From Candidatus Omnitrophota bacterium (GTDB taxonomy: Bacteria; Omnitrophota; Gorgyraeia; JABMRG01; JAFGKX01): DNA of 64,000 bases. The stretch covers positions 73,180-137,179 of the forward strand of contig JAZDPX010000013.1 in the NCBI GenBank assembly GCA_043797125.1, given 5' to 3'. The translations under genes and the position numbers were made by a program. Below the pieces are notes generated by a model that saw only the letters and a program-made list of their open reading frames with translations, did not search any database and was not told the DNA's origin. The number at the start of each line of letters is the position of its first letter. The stretch's first letter is position 1. This document shows, piece after piece, positions 45,770 through 55,551 of this stretch.

Positions 45770-47212
45770 TTATGGGATGTATGCGAAATTTTTAAACTGC
45801 CATATGTCTTCGGTGTCGGGCTTTGCATCAAGGTTTTCCTTAAAGAACGTTTTTCTGTTCTTTAGGGGGGTCCAGTCGGATGGCATAGATACAAATTGCC
45901 CGAGATAGGGCTTTGCGGTTTTTAAAATAAAATCATGCGGCAGGTCATCGGGCAGATGGAAACCTGTTCTGGGATTTTCCAGCATCCACATCAACGCGCT
46001 TATAACTCCCATAGCAACCTGAATGGTTGTTGCGTTCTGCCCGGCGATAAGCTGGCGCGCTCTGTCTATCGTTAAGACGCTTCCTGTCCACCATGAATTA
46101 TACTCATGGCCCATTAGTAACGCGCCAAGAATATCAGCTCCGGAGGTAATATCGTCAAACATTATTCTAATCCTTGGCTGAAGTTCGTGGTTCCTGCACC
46201 TAAGCTCGTGCAGCGACGAAAGGGTTTCGTGGCATGTCATATAGGCATAATGGACCGTCGGCCGATAAATTGCCTTGCCGTTTTCCCATACTGTCCATTT
46301 GTCGGAAATGCCGAATGCTTCGCCGTGGCGTATAACCATTCCCACAATCTCTTCGTTAGGAATCCATGAACGCACCCATGTGTTCATGCCCATCTGCGAC
46401 AAGAAAATCTGATTTTTAGGCCCTGACGGCGGGACATGCGCATATTTGGGAAGTTGTTTTTCGTGCGTTCCCCAGCCCATTTCAGCCGGGGCTGTGCCTT
46501 CTTCTCTTAGGCCTTCAATACTCCATGTTCCCACAAACTCATCGACTTCCTTCGGCCTGTTTGTTATCTGCGTATCGCGCTCAGAGCAGTGAATTACCTT
46601 TATTCCTATCTCCATAGCCAACTTTCCGAATTCTTTATCTTTTATAAGGTCTTTGAGCATTTGCGGGTCTTTGGCCTTGTTGTCCGCGATTAATTGCTGC
46701 GTTATATCAACTACGCCTTGTTTGGCAAAATGCGAAATAAGCCCGGGATTTGCGCCGTGGTCTACAATGCAGGTTGTTGCGTTATTCCAACCCTCTGTAA
46801 GGTCTCTTAAAAGCATCTGCCTGTAGTATAACGACTTTTGATACGGCGAAGCTGAAAGCATTGTCCTCCTCGGGTCCCATTCTTCAACCGACGTATTTAT
46901 ATATAAAACCTCGTTCTCGTGGCACCATTTTAAAATATCACAGCATTCGATATTCCACGCAAGATCTATGCACAGGCCTCCGCGCTCAAGATATTTTGAA
47001 AGGATATCGTTTAAATTGTTTTTTGCAATCTTTTCGCAGCAGTATTTTACCCCTTTAGATATCCATTCCTTCAGGGCTTCGTGCTTATCCGCAAAATCTA
47101 TTATTGTTATGTTTTTGTAAGGAATCTCGACGTGCCTTAATAAGAGGGGAAGCGTGCATTTAGATACTGACCCGTAACCGATTATCAATACTTTTTTTTC
47201 GAATTTCTTCAT
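45770..47212 (-). CDS. hss: Homospermidine synthase
   Basis: GYGSV Rossmann, NTSVEEW, HGANPG, SERDTQ, TWS.EG, EMGWGTHE, NAT.IQV. Confidence 0.92.
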   Translation of the reverse strand: MKKFEKKVLIIGYGSVSKCTLPLLLRHVEIPYKNITIIDFADKHEALKEWISKGVKYCCEKIAKNNLNDILSKYLERGGLCIDLAWNIECCDILKWCHENEVLYINTSVEEWDPRRTMLSASPYQKSLYYRQMLLRDLTEGWNNATTCIVDHGANPGLISHFAKQGVVDITQQLIADNKAKDPQMLKDLIKDKEFGKLAMEIGIKVIHCSERDTQITNRPKEVDEFVGTWSIEGLREEGTAPAEMGWGTHEKQLPKYAHVPPSGPKNQIFLSQMGMNTWVRSWIPNEEIVGMVIRHGEAFGISDKWTVWENGKAIYRPTVHYAYMTCHETLSSLHELRCRNHELQPRIRIMFDDITSGADILGALLMGHEYNSWWTGSVLTIDRARQLIAGQNATTIQVAMGVISALMWMLENPRTGFHLPDDLPHDFILKTAKPYLGQFVSMPSDWTPLKNRKTFFKENLDAKPDTEDIWQFKNFAYIP

Positions 47213-47359
47213 TTGCCCTTTGGGCCCTCCTTAGTATTATAAAATTTATTTTCAAAAAAATTATTTACTTTGTCTTTATAATCATTCTATATATAATAAA
47301 AATAAAATGCAAGAAAAAAATTTACTTTATTAAAGATTTTAGCGGAATGTTTTATTTTT

Positions 47360-47454
47360 GTGATGGGTCAACTCTTGAAAGGTCTTTAGACGTAGCGGAG
47401 GCTTAAGCCTCCGCTACGTCTAAGTCGAGGTACTTATAATGACTGAACTACTAC
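47360..47454. mobile_element. 95-bp MITE copy 4 (diverged, no clear TSD)
   Basis: GTGATGGGTCAA...CTGAACTACTAC ends, palindrome at 47386-47423, conserved right arm AGTCGAG.TACTTATAATGACTGAACT. Confidence 0.72.
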
Positions 47455-47470
47455 CAACATTATTACCTGT

Positions 47471-47839
47471 TTACCTCGCTACAATTTCCGTTGCTACCTT
47501 TTGGCCTTCGGCATTTACCTGATATTTTACTGCAACGTTCTGACCGACCGTTAAATCAGTAAGGTTTATTGCGTATAGGTTCTGCTTGACAACGGTTGTG
47601 CTTGCAACTTTAATTGTAATCTTTTCCGAAGCAGGGCTGTTTTCCGCAGCTTTAGTGCTAACAACCAAGGATGACGCGTCGGAGGCGATAGAAACAACGC
47701 TGCCGACAATTTCTCCCGTTACTACCGCTGCTGCGGGAACTTCTTCTGTTAAAACTGCCACATCTTCAGAATATGCGAACTGTAATCCGCCAACCAAAGA
47801 TGCCGCCAAAAATATAATTAATCCGATATTCCTTTTCAT
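47471..47839 (-). CDS. Small exported beta-rich protein (DUF5666/OB-fold-like)
   Basis: GGAGG RBS, signal peptide, LTDLTVGQNVAVKY motif. Confidence 0.75.
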   Translation of the reverse strand: MKRNIGLIIFLAASLVGGLQFAYSEDVAVLTEEVPAAAVVTGEIVGSVVSIASDASSLVVSTKAAENSPASEKITIKVASTTVVKQNLYAINLTDLTVGQNVAVKYQVNAEGQKVATEIVAR

Positions 47840-47919
47840 GTTATGTCACCTCCTCTCTTCTTACTTACTATATTTTGTTATTCTATGTTTTTATTGTACC
47901 TTTTGTCAAGCCTTATCGG

Positions 47920-49878
47920 TTACTCATATCTTAACGCCTCGATTGGATTAAGCTCCGATGCCTTTTTTGCGGGCCATAGCCCGAAAAACATCCCAACGGC
48001 AATTGAAAACCCGGATGCAAGAATAATGTTTGAAATTGTCACTTTGGTAGCCCAGCCGGCCAAAAACGATAATATTGCGGACGCTGCCACGCCAAGTGCC
48101 ATTCCCATAATACCGCCGCTTAAAGTCATTGCAATCGATTCAATAAGAAACTGCGTCATAATATCATTGGCCCTGGCGCCTACTGCCTTGCGCAATCCGA
48201 TTTCGCGCGTGCGTTCTGTTACAGAAACAAGCATTATGTTCATTATCCCTATGCCGCCAACCAAAAGCGATATAGCGGCGATACACCCCAAGAGAATGCT
48301 CATGGTCCGAGTCGTGCTGGTTAGCATTTGCTGAATTTCGCTCATATCGCGCATGTGGAAATAATCGTCCGGATCTTTATATATGCGGTGTCGTTTTACT
48401 ATAAGCTGCTTTATTTTATCTTGCGCTTCTTTCATCGAGTCTACATCGTTTACTTCAGCATAAATACCGCCCAAATAATCCTTACCTAGCACCCTGTACA
48501 TGGCTGTTGTTACCGGGATATAAACGACATCGTTTTGGTCGTGCCATCCGCCGGAGCCTTTTTCCGGCGCAATTCCAATTACTTTAAAATTTATGCGGTT
48601 TATTTTTATTGTCTCGCCGACAGGGTTGACATTTCCAAAAAGTTTCTCTATCACCGTCAATCCTATTATCGCTACTTTATCGCGCCGCGTTATTTCTTCC
48701 TGGGTAAACCATCTGCCGATTTTAGGTACGCTTGCGCGCATCTCGCCGTAATCATATCCCACCCCTTCAATGCTTGTATTCCAGTTTCCGTTTTTATACA
48801 CGGCTTGAGCGCTGCCATTCGCATAACCCGTTACTTTCTTCACTAAAGGTTTTAAGCCTCTGATGGCGTCGACATCTCTCCATGTAAGGCGTGTCATGGT
48901 TCCTGCGCCTTGAGATACGCCTCCGTGTCTTGCTGAGCCGCCCTCAATCGACAGAAGATTGGAGCCAAGCGTCTTAAGCCGCTCCTGAATAGATGCGCTG
49001 GCGCCTTGACCCAAGGCAAGCATCGCTATTACCGCGGCAACACCGAATAAAATACCGAGCATCGAAAGAAATGACCTGACTTTATTCGAAAAAATCGCCC
49101 TAAACGACTGGCGTATATGCTCCAGCAATTCGACTTTGCTAAAATGCGCGTGTACAGAATTGAGTATTTTACCAACCGATACCTTACTATCACCGGCTAT
49201 CCTGGCCGCTGCCTTGGTTTCATCCGAAATAATTTCTCCGTCGCGCATTTTTATAATTCTTTTTGCGTGTTGCGCTATTTCCTGCTCGTGGGTAACCATT
49301 ACGATTGTCTTGCCTTGTTCGTTTAGGGTTTTAAGGATTTTGATAATCTCTTCTTCGCTTTTGGTATCAAGGTTTCCTGTGGGTTCGTCGGCAAAGATTA
49401 TCATGGGCTCGTTAACGAGAGAGCGCGCTATGGCAACTCTCTGTTGCTCGCCTCCTGATAGCTCGCTTGGTATATGGTTTAAACGTTTTGCGAGGCCGAC
49501 TGATTCCAGCTTCTGCCGCGCCTTTTCAATTACGCTTTTTTTACCGGAATAAATAAGGGGCAGTTCTACATTTTCAAGCGCGCTGGTTCTGCGAAGTAAA
49601 TGAAATTGCTGAAACACAAAACCCGCTAATTTGTTTCTTAAATATGCAAGTTCATCGTCGGATAACTGCGAAATATCTGTTCCAAAAATTTTGTACGTGC
49701 CTCTATCCGGACGGTCTAAAAAACCTAATATGTGAAGAAGTGTTGATTTGCCGGAACCCGAAGGCCCCATTACCGCCACAAATTCACCTTGCGAAATGGC
49801 CATAGACACATTCTTTAATGCGGCAACCGAAGCCTGCTCTTTTCCATATGTCTTGGATAAATTCTTTAGCTCTATCAT
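47920..49878 (-). CDS. macB: MacB-family ABC transporter (ATPase + permease)
   Basis: [45 protein letters not shown]. Confidence 0.95.
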   Translation of the reverse strand: MIELKNLSKTYGKEQASVAALKNVSMAISQGEFVAVMGPSGSGKSTLLHILGFLDRPDRGTYKIFGTDISQLSDDELAYLRNKLAGFVFQQFHLLRRTSALENVELPLIYSGKKSVIEKARQKLESVGLAKRLNHIPSELSGGEQQRVAIARSLVNEPMIIFADEPTGNLDTKSEEEIIKILKTLNEQGKTIVMVTHEQEIAQHAKRIIKMRDGEIISDETKAAARIAGDSKVSVGKILNSVHAHFSKVELLEHIRQSFRAIFSNKVRSFLSMLGILFGVAAVIAMLALGQGASASIQERLKTLGSNLLSIEGGSARHGGVSQGAGTMTRLTWRDVDAIRGLKPLVKKVTGYANGSAQAVYKNGNWNTSIEGVGYDYGEMRASVPKIGRWFTQEEITRRDKVAIIGLTVIEKLFGNVNPVGETIKINRINFKVIGIAPEKGSGGWHDQNDVVYIPVTTAMYRVLGKDYLGGIYAEVNDVDSMKEAQDKIKQLIVKRHRIYKDPDDYFHMRDMSEIQQMLTSTTRTMSILLGCIAAISLLVGGIGIMNIMLVSVTERTREIGLRKAVGARANDIMTQFLIESIAMTLSGGIMGMALGVAASAILSFLAGWATKVTISNIILASGFSIAVGMFFGLWPAKKASELNPIEALRYE

Positions 49879-50828
49879 CTTCTTCGTGAGGGCATAAACG
49901 GGCTGGTCTTTTCAGCTGCCCTTTTAGGCAAGTAGCCGTTACTATATATTATAACATTGTCCTGCGTTGTTAATCCCGAAAGGACTTCAACTGTCTTTTC
50001 GTTGCTTAATCCTATTGTAATGTTACGCTCGGAGGGTTTTTTGTATCCCTGCTCCACTAACACAAATTGCCGTTCGCCATCGTAATGAACTGCGTTGGAA
50101 GGTATCGTTATGACGTTGGTGCTTTCTTTTTCTACAACATCAACGCTGACACTCATGCCGGAGCGCAAAATTTCAGGCACTTCTTTAGGAAGTATATCGA
50201 CATTATATATGGTGACGTTATTTACAATCTCAGATTCATATGCTATATGGCTGACTACGCCTTCTATCTTTATGTCCGGATATGCATCCAACGTTATAAG
50301 GCTTAGCTGATTAAGCTTAACCCTGCCTATGTCTGTCTCGTCAAATTGAGCGCTTATGATAAGCCTGTCGGATAAAACTAATACAGCATCAGATGTTGTA
50401 ACGGTCTGGCCGGGCTCAAAAGCGCGCACTATTACTTCGCCGTTAATGGGAGATATGATGGGGGTCGTTTTATAAACCTGCTGCCAGTAATTTAACACTT
50501 CCCCGCCTTGCGAACGGGCAGCATCAATAAGCGCGGCCCTTTCCGTTGAACTCATCCACGCTAATATGTCACCTTCTTTAACAAGGCCTCCTTCGTTAAC
50601 CAATATGCTTTCTATTCTGCCGCCTATCGAGGGTTTAATTTCAAGGCGGTTCTGCGGCTCGACTATGCCTGTGGCGCTGACCGTCACCGCGATATCCTGC
50701 TGGACCGGATTGATTATCTCAGGCGTGCCGTTTTCCTGCTTGACGGATTTGCGCGAATAAATAAGCGCCGACGCTACCACTATTACAAAAAATAAAACTA
50801 TGGCTATTTTATATTTATTCTTCATCAT
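49875..50828 (-). CDS. macA: MacA-like periplasmic adaptor
   Basis: Membrane anchor, lipoyl-like halves with short hairpin, DETDIG, LRSGMS. Confidence 0.85.
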   Translation of the reverse strand: MMKNKYKIAIVLFFVIVVASALIYSRKSVKQENGTPEIINPVQQDIAVTVSATGIVEPQNRLEIKPSIGGRIESILVNEGGLVKEGDILAWMSSTERAALIDAARSQGGEVLNYWQQVYKTTPIISPINGEVIVRAFEPGQTVTTSDAVLVLSDRLIISAQFDETDIGRVKLNQLSLITLDAYPDIKIEGVVSHIAYESEIVNNVTIYNVDILPKEVPEILRSGMSVSVDVVEKESTNVITIPSNAVHYDGERQFVLVEQGYKKPSERNITIGLSNEKTVEVLSGLTTQDNVIIYSNGYLPKRAAEKTSPFMPSRRR

Positions 50829-52095
50829 AGTCTAATGTTCCTCCTATTGCCTGTACCCAATATGCCTCTTTTGTCAGCATATCTGCCTGCGCGTTTAGAA
50901 AAGCCTTTTTGGCATTTACAAGATTATCTTCTATTATCACCCAACTATCGAAAGATATAAGGCCTGTCTCGTACTGGGCGCTTGATATCTTCGCGCGTTC
51001 TTTTGCCGCATTAAGAAACTTCTCCTGCACCGAGACATTGGCTATCGAATCCTGGAAATCTTTCCATGTTGTCTCAAGGGTGACAAGGGCGCTGTCACGG
51101 CCGCTGCGCTGGTCAGCCTGCGCCTGTTTCAATTGGGATTTCGCTTTATAAATTTGCGCTATGCTGCTCGTGCCTTCAAACATCGGGATAGAAACCCTTG
51201 CGGTTGTTGACCATTCATTATCCCGGGGCGGCCATGAGTCATCTGTTTTGCCGACGGAAGCGCCTAAATATACCTTCGGCAGAAGGTTTGCCTGCGCAGA
51301 TTGAAGGTTATAACGCGCGGCGTCTTTTCTGGCTATTAATTCTTTTAAGAAGGGTGAGTTGTCCGCAAAATATTCCAAATCAGGCTTTGCGCTGTATCCC
51401 TCGACAACAGAAAAGTCTCCGCTTACGTTTGCCTGTATCATTTTATCAAGCCCGAGTTCTTTTGATAGCTCTCTTTGCGCAAGAGAAATGTTTCTTTTGG
51501 CCTGCTCGACCTCAAATTCTGCTTTTGCCAAATCCGCCTGCGCTGTCAAAAGCGCCCCCTTATGTTCCCTGCCCGCTTCGTATCTTAATTCAATGAGCTT
51601 AAGATTCTGCTGCCTGCGTTCGGCTATTTCTTGTGTAATAAAAGTAAGTTCTTGCGTCTTTAGCAATTCGACAAAGGCGCTGCGTAGCTCGAGCCTGATA
51701 TTTGACGATACTACTAAATAATTATATTCCTGGGCGTTAATAAGCTTTACCGCATTTGATATATCGTTTGTGGTTTTAAACCCGTCGAACACCAGCTGTT
51801 CGCCTGTTACGCCAAAAGAGTAATCTTTTGTTTTTGTTTTACCGGCTGTTTTCGATTTTGTCCTCGACCTTGTCCCTGAAACGCTGCCTGTAACCTGCGG
51901 CAATATAGTGGCTATATTTATGTCCTTATCGGACTTTGCCTGTTTTACTTCTTCGGCAGCAGAAATCAAATCTGGGTGATTTTTCTTTGCCTTTTGCACG
52001 CACTCCTGCCAGGTGAGCGGGCCTTGCGCGAACGCAAGGCCTGCGCTTAGGAAATAAAACGATAAAACAAATATGCTTGATATCTTCTTATTCAT
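50815..52095 (-). CDS. TolC-family outer membrane protein
   Basis: Signal peptide, NHPDL, YEAG/YETG repeats. Confidence 0.9.
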   Translation of the reverse strand: MNKKISSIFVLSFYFLSAGLAFAQGPLTWQECVQKAKKNHPDLISAAEEVKQAKSDKDINIATILPQVTGSVSGTRSRTKSKTAGKTKTKDYSFGVTGEQLVFDGFKTTNDISNAVKLINAQEYNYLVVSSNIRLELRSAFVELLKTQELTFITQEIAERRQQNLKLIELRYEAGREHKGALLTAQADLAKAEFEVEQAKRNISLAQRELSKELGLDKMIQANVSGDFSVVEGYSAKPDLEYFADNSPFLKELIARKDAARYNLQSAQANLLPKVYLGASVGKTDDSWPPRDNEWSTTARVSIPMFEGTSSIAQIYKAKSQLKQAQADQRSGRDSALVTLETTWKDFQDSIANVSVQEKFLNAAKERAKISSAQYETGLISFDSWVIIEDNLVNAKKAFLNAQADMLTKEAYWVQAIGGTLDYDEE

Positions 52096-52107
52096 GGCTA
52101 CATATAC

Positions 52108-52136
52108 TTAGACAATATAAGGTGGTAAAAAGTTGC
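52108..52136 (-). promoter_or_regulatory. ECF-type promoter GCAACTT-N16-GTCTAA
   Basis: One mismatch to the two other ECF sites with identical spacing, 12 nt upstream of the tolC start. Confidence 0.7.
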
Positions 52137-52138
52137 GT

Positions 52139-54064
52139 TTATTTTAAAATAGGCAGGTCCAGGGGGGAGATATAATCGCCAAACTGCTTTTGGGCTTTAA
52201 GCAAGCGTTTACGCTGCTGTTTGAGCACCTTAAATAGGGCCTGCGGCGCGTTAAGAACGTTTTCTTTATGAAAATTCTCTACGCGGTCAATCTTGGATAT
52301 GTTTTCAGGAACGCGAATTGTAAATTGCTTTATATAATCTTCTTTTGCATAATCTTTCCGTAAAACTTGTTTAAAAAGATCGCGCAAATCATCATATACC
52401 GGTATAAGGCCTGTCGGGGTTTCTATCGCGGTTACGTCATTATGAATGCGCAGCTCCATCCATTTCACCCACGCGTGCTTGTCCCTGACGCCGTTTAAGA
52501 ATTTACCTTCTTTATCTCTCAAGAAATAATTGACGCCGAAGATAATGGGGGATTTTTTAAGCCTTTTGCCGAATTCCAGGTTATTTTGCACATACTTGCC
52601 TAAGGAAATTGCAACAAAGTCCTGTATGCTCATCAGGTTTATCTCAGGAACCCCTTCTTTGCCTATGGTTGCAAAGGTTGTCTCCGTTTCCAAAGAAGCG
52701 CCGTAAGCAATAATGCCGTGCTCCCAGTCAAAACTTTGTTGAACCGGCACATAGCTTTTTGCGTCCCTTCCGCCGTACATTATGCCGGACAATTCCACGC
52801 CCGTCGGGTTATTTAGCTGCTGGTCAACGCTATCAAGCGCCTGCAGCGCGACAGTATAGCGCGCATTTTTGTGGGCAAGGGGAATTTTATCGCCTTTTGC
52901 ATCTGTTTTGCCTTCATGCCATGCGCCTGAAAAATTTACGCCTTTTTTTGAAATATCGCCGTGCATCCCCAACCAGTACGGCTTGCCGTCCGCTACTAAA
53001 ATATTGGAGAAGATAACCTCTCCGGGGGTGGTAAGCACTTTATAAATAGCTGGGTCGTCAACCGGATTTACATTTTGAATAATTCCGAAGATTCCGGCTT
53101 CCGCATTCACTGCCCGCGCCACGCCGTTAATATTACGAAAATATGCAATGTCATCGCCGACTATTGTCTCGCCGGGAAGCATGGCGGTGGAGGTCTTGCC
53201 GCAGGCGCTTGGAAAAGCGCCGGCTAAATAGGTTTTTCTGTAATTTGGCCCGTGCACTCCCATTAAAAGCATATGCTCTGCGAGCCAGCCTTCCCTGTCT
53301 GCCTTGCGAATGGTAAGCCGTAGCGCAAGTTTCTTAAGGCCAATGGTGTTGCCGGCATATTGGGTATTTACGCTATAAATAGCATCTTCAATATAATCAA
53401 TGTAAATGCGTTTCTTATCCGCATCCGCACTAACCATATCTTCGTTCATTCTGCCTGCTGAATGCAATATACAAAATGGTTTTGATTCTGCCGTTTTTTT
53501 GGTAAACATGTTGTAGGCCGGCCTGTAAAGAAGGGACTTGCTATGAGCAACATACCACGAATCAGTACACTGCACGCAGGGAATACTAAATACAGAATCA
53601 GCAGGCCCCAGCGAAAGAAAACGCACAATCATGGTGCGGCCTTTCATGCTGGCCTTAAGAAGGCCCTTTATCTCTTTTAATCCCTCTTCTCTTTCTATCT
53701 GATTAAGGCTTTTGCTCAGGGTATCATTTTTTGGCACAAGGTATTTAGTAACTTCCCTGTCCCTGCCTTGGTCATCAATGCCGTCGAAGTGGTAAGTATG
53801 TCCCTGTGTTGCCAGAGGTTTTTCTTCTTTGTTTGAAATGGCCTGCTGGCGCACAAATGCTATATCCGCGTAAGAATCGCCGCAAATAAATATATCTTTT
53901 GGGCAACAAAGCTGGGCTGATTCCGCGATAAACCGCACAACGCTTTCAGCGCTTATTGCGGACAGCTTCTTGTAATTGGCTTCGTCTAATTTAGGTCTTA
54001 ATATTTTAGAATAATTTTCAAGCATTGCGTACATCCCATCCTTTGCGATACTGTAAAAAACCAT
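52139..54064 (-). CDS. pckG: GTP-dependent phosphoenolpyruvate carboxykinase
   Basis: WLAEHM, FPSACGKTS, VGDDIAY, NAEAGIFG, HKNARYT, GGR. True start may be ~10-13 codons downstream. Confidence 0.93.
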   Translation of the reverse strand: MVFYSIAKDGMYAMLENYSKILRPKLDEANYKKLSAISAESVVRFIAESAQLCCPKDIFICGDSYADIAFVRQQAISNKEEKPLATQGHTYHFDGIDDQGRDREVTKYLVPKNDTLSKSLNQIEREEGLKEIKGLLKASMKGRTMIVRFLSLGPADSVFSIPCVQCTDSWYVAHSKSLLYRPAYNMFTKKTAESKPFCILHSAGRMNEDMVSADADKKRIYIDYIEDAIYSVNTQYAGNTIGLKKLALRLTIRKADREGWLAEHMLLMGVHGPNYRKTYLAGAFPSACGKTSTAMLPGETIVGDDIAYFRNINGVARAVNAEAGIFGIIQNVNPVDDPAIYKVLTTPGEVIFSNILVADGKPYWLGMHGDISKKGVNFSGAWHEGKTDAKGDKIPLAHKNARYTVALQALDSVDQQLNNPTGVELSGIMYGGRDAKSYVPVQQSFDWEHGIIAYGASLETETTFATIGKEGVPEINLMSIQDFVAISLGKYVQNNLEFGKRLKKSPIIFGVNYFLRDKEGKFLNGVRDKHAWVKWMELRIHNDVTAIETPTGLIPVYDDLRDLFKQVLRKDYAKEDYIKQFTIRVPENISKIDRVENFHKENVLNAPQALFKVLKQQRKRLLKAQKQFGDYISPLDLPILK

Positions 54065-54080
54065 GCTGACATTTATGTAT

Positions 54081-54169
54081 ACGCAGATTAGCGCAGATGA
54101 AAAGATGCAAGATGATCACAGATATAAAATCTGCGATCATCTGTATCTTCTAATCTGTGATTATCTGTG
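54081..54169. repeat. CACAGAT/ATCTGTG short-unit inverted repeat element, copy 2
   Basis: Reverse complement aligns nearly end to end with 22992-23087. Confidence 0.85.
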
Positions 54170-54224
54170 CAAAAAGTCAGCAAGATTTTTGGCGTTATCT
54201 CCTTTGCGCCCCTCGCTAAATAAT

Positions 54225-55403
54225 CTATTCCTCCGGCAGCAATATCTTTGTACCAAGTATAAGCTTGTCGGGATTTTTGATATTTTCTTTGTTAAGATTG
54301 TAAATCTCTTTCCAGCGGTTACCGTCTCCTAATTGTTTCTTTGCGATTTTCCATAAGGAATCGTCTTTGGCAATAACATATGTGCGTTTTACAGAAGCGG
54401 GCGATTCCTCATCTTGCTGCTGCTGTTCAATGGGTATCATTATAACCGTACCTGCCTCTATCGCGTCCGGGTCTTTAATATTCTCCTTATTAAATTCGTA
54501 AAGATATTTCCATCTACGCTCTGCGCCTAATTGCACCTTGGCTATTTTTTTAAGCGTATCGCCCTCTTTTACAACATATTCTTTTGTTGAAACTTTAATT
54601 TCTGATTCAACATCTAAATTTTCCTCTACGGTATATTCTCCGTCGCCGATAGGCGTCGCGCCCATCTCTTTAAGTTCGCCTTCGTACGGAATCATTATCT
54701 CCTCTACCTCCGCTATCATAAATTGCGCGTTTCTGTCTTTCTGCATGCCTACAAGGTCGGTTATGTGGGCGACTGCGTCTAATTTTCCGCGGCTGACTAT
54801 CTTGATACGGCCTTGTGTGATTCCGTTTTCCAGCATAAAATTTTTCACCGTTTCTCCGCGGCGCTTGCCCAGCTTCTCGTTGTACGCTTCGGTGCCGCGT
54901 ATGTCGCAATTGCCTGTTATCAGAATGCTTGTCTCGGGGTTTCTTTTTAAGGTGCCTACCGCGCCTGATAAGATTTCCGAGGCATCGTCGCGCAAATCGG
55001 CTTTATCATAGTCAAAATAGATTTTTACGTTTTTCATTATTTTCTTTATAAGCAAGGAGGGCCGAAGCTCCTGCTGTTTTGGGGCAGGGAGCTCTTCTTC
55101 CTTGTAATCAAAAATGATTTTATTCACGTAAATATAGCCTCTGTTGCCCCAGGGGCGCATTGTCCCCGGGTTTGTAGGCCACCACCAATAGCCGCTTCGT
55201 TGGTCGTCTTTCACCGGAGCTGGTGTTGCATCTGTAGGCCACCACGTAAACTGCTTTTGCTGCTGGTCGGTTTGTTTTTGCCGGCTTGCCTCTTTATCAA
55301 CCAGCAAATTCTCCCATAACGCAAAGGCATCGGATGCAGATAATAATATTATAGTTATAAGCAGGTATCTAAGAGCCGCCTTAAAATTTAGTTTTTTTGC
55401 CAT
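54225..55403 (-). CDS. Exported OmpA-like + 2x LysM peptidoglycan-binding protein
   Basis: IYFDYDK...GNCDIRGTEAYNEKLGKRR (OmpA_C); YVVKEGDTL and YVIAKDDSLWKIA (LysM). Confidence 0.92.
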   Translation of the reverse strand: MAKKLNFKAALRYLLITIILLSASDAFALWENLLVDKEASRQKQTDQQQKQFTWWPTDATPAPVKDDQRSGYWWWPTNPGTMRPWGNRGYIYVNKIIFDYKEEELPAPKQQELRPSLLIKKIMKNVKIYFDYDKADLRDDASEILSGAVGTLKRNPETSILITGNCDIRGTEAYNEKLGKRRGETVKNFMLENGITQGRIKIVSRGKLDAVAHITDLVGMQKDRNAQFMIAEVEEIMIPYEGELKEMGATPIGDGEYTVEENLDVESEIKVSTKEYVVKEGDTLKKIAKVQLGAERRWKYLYEFNKENIKDPDAIEAGTVIMIPIEQQQQDEESPASVKRTYVIAKDDSLWKIAKKQLGDGNRWKEIYNLNKENIKNPDKLILGTKILLPEE

Positions 55404-55412
55404 AACGACCTC

Positions 55413-55432
55413 CCTGCCTGCCGGCAGGCAGG
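55413..55432. repeat. 20-bp perfect palindrome CCTGCCTGCCGGCAGGCAGG abutting the RBS
   Basis: Self-complementary; its arm supplies the start of the GGGAGG Shine-Dalgarno on the minus strand. Confidence 0.8.
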
Positions 55433-55475
55433 CTTTCTTTATTCTAATAGTAATACTTCATTTTTTATTAAACTA

Positions 55476-55509
55476 AGATGTAGCGCAGGCTTAAGCCTGC
55501 GCTACATCT
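55476..55509. repeat. Solo GTAG-type perfect palindrome (34 bp)
   Basis: AGATGTAGCGCAGGCTTAAGCCTGCGCTACATCT. Confidence 0.9.
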
Positions 55510-55551
55510 ATTACAATCTTATAGGTAAGCGAAAGACATATTAACATATAT

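Noticed and set aside
45757-45831. N-terminal extension of the decarboxylase overlapping hss
   Set aside because: A 62-nt overlap with hss and no family similarity. A start downstream of the hss stop is more plausible.
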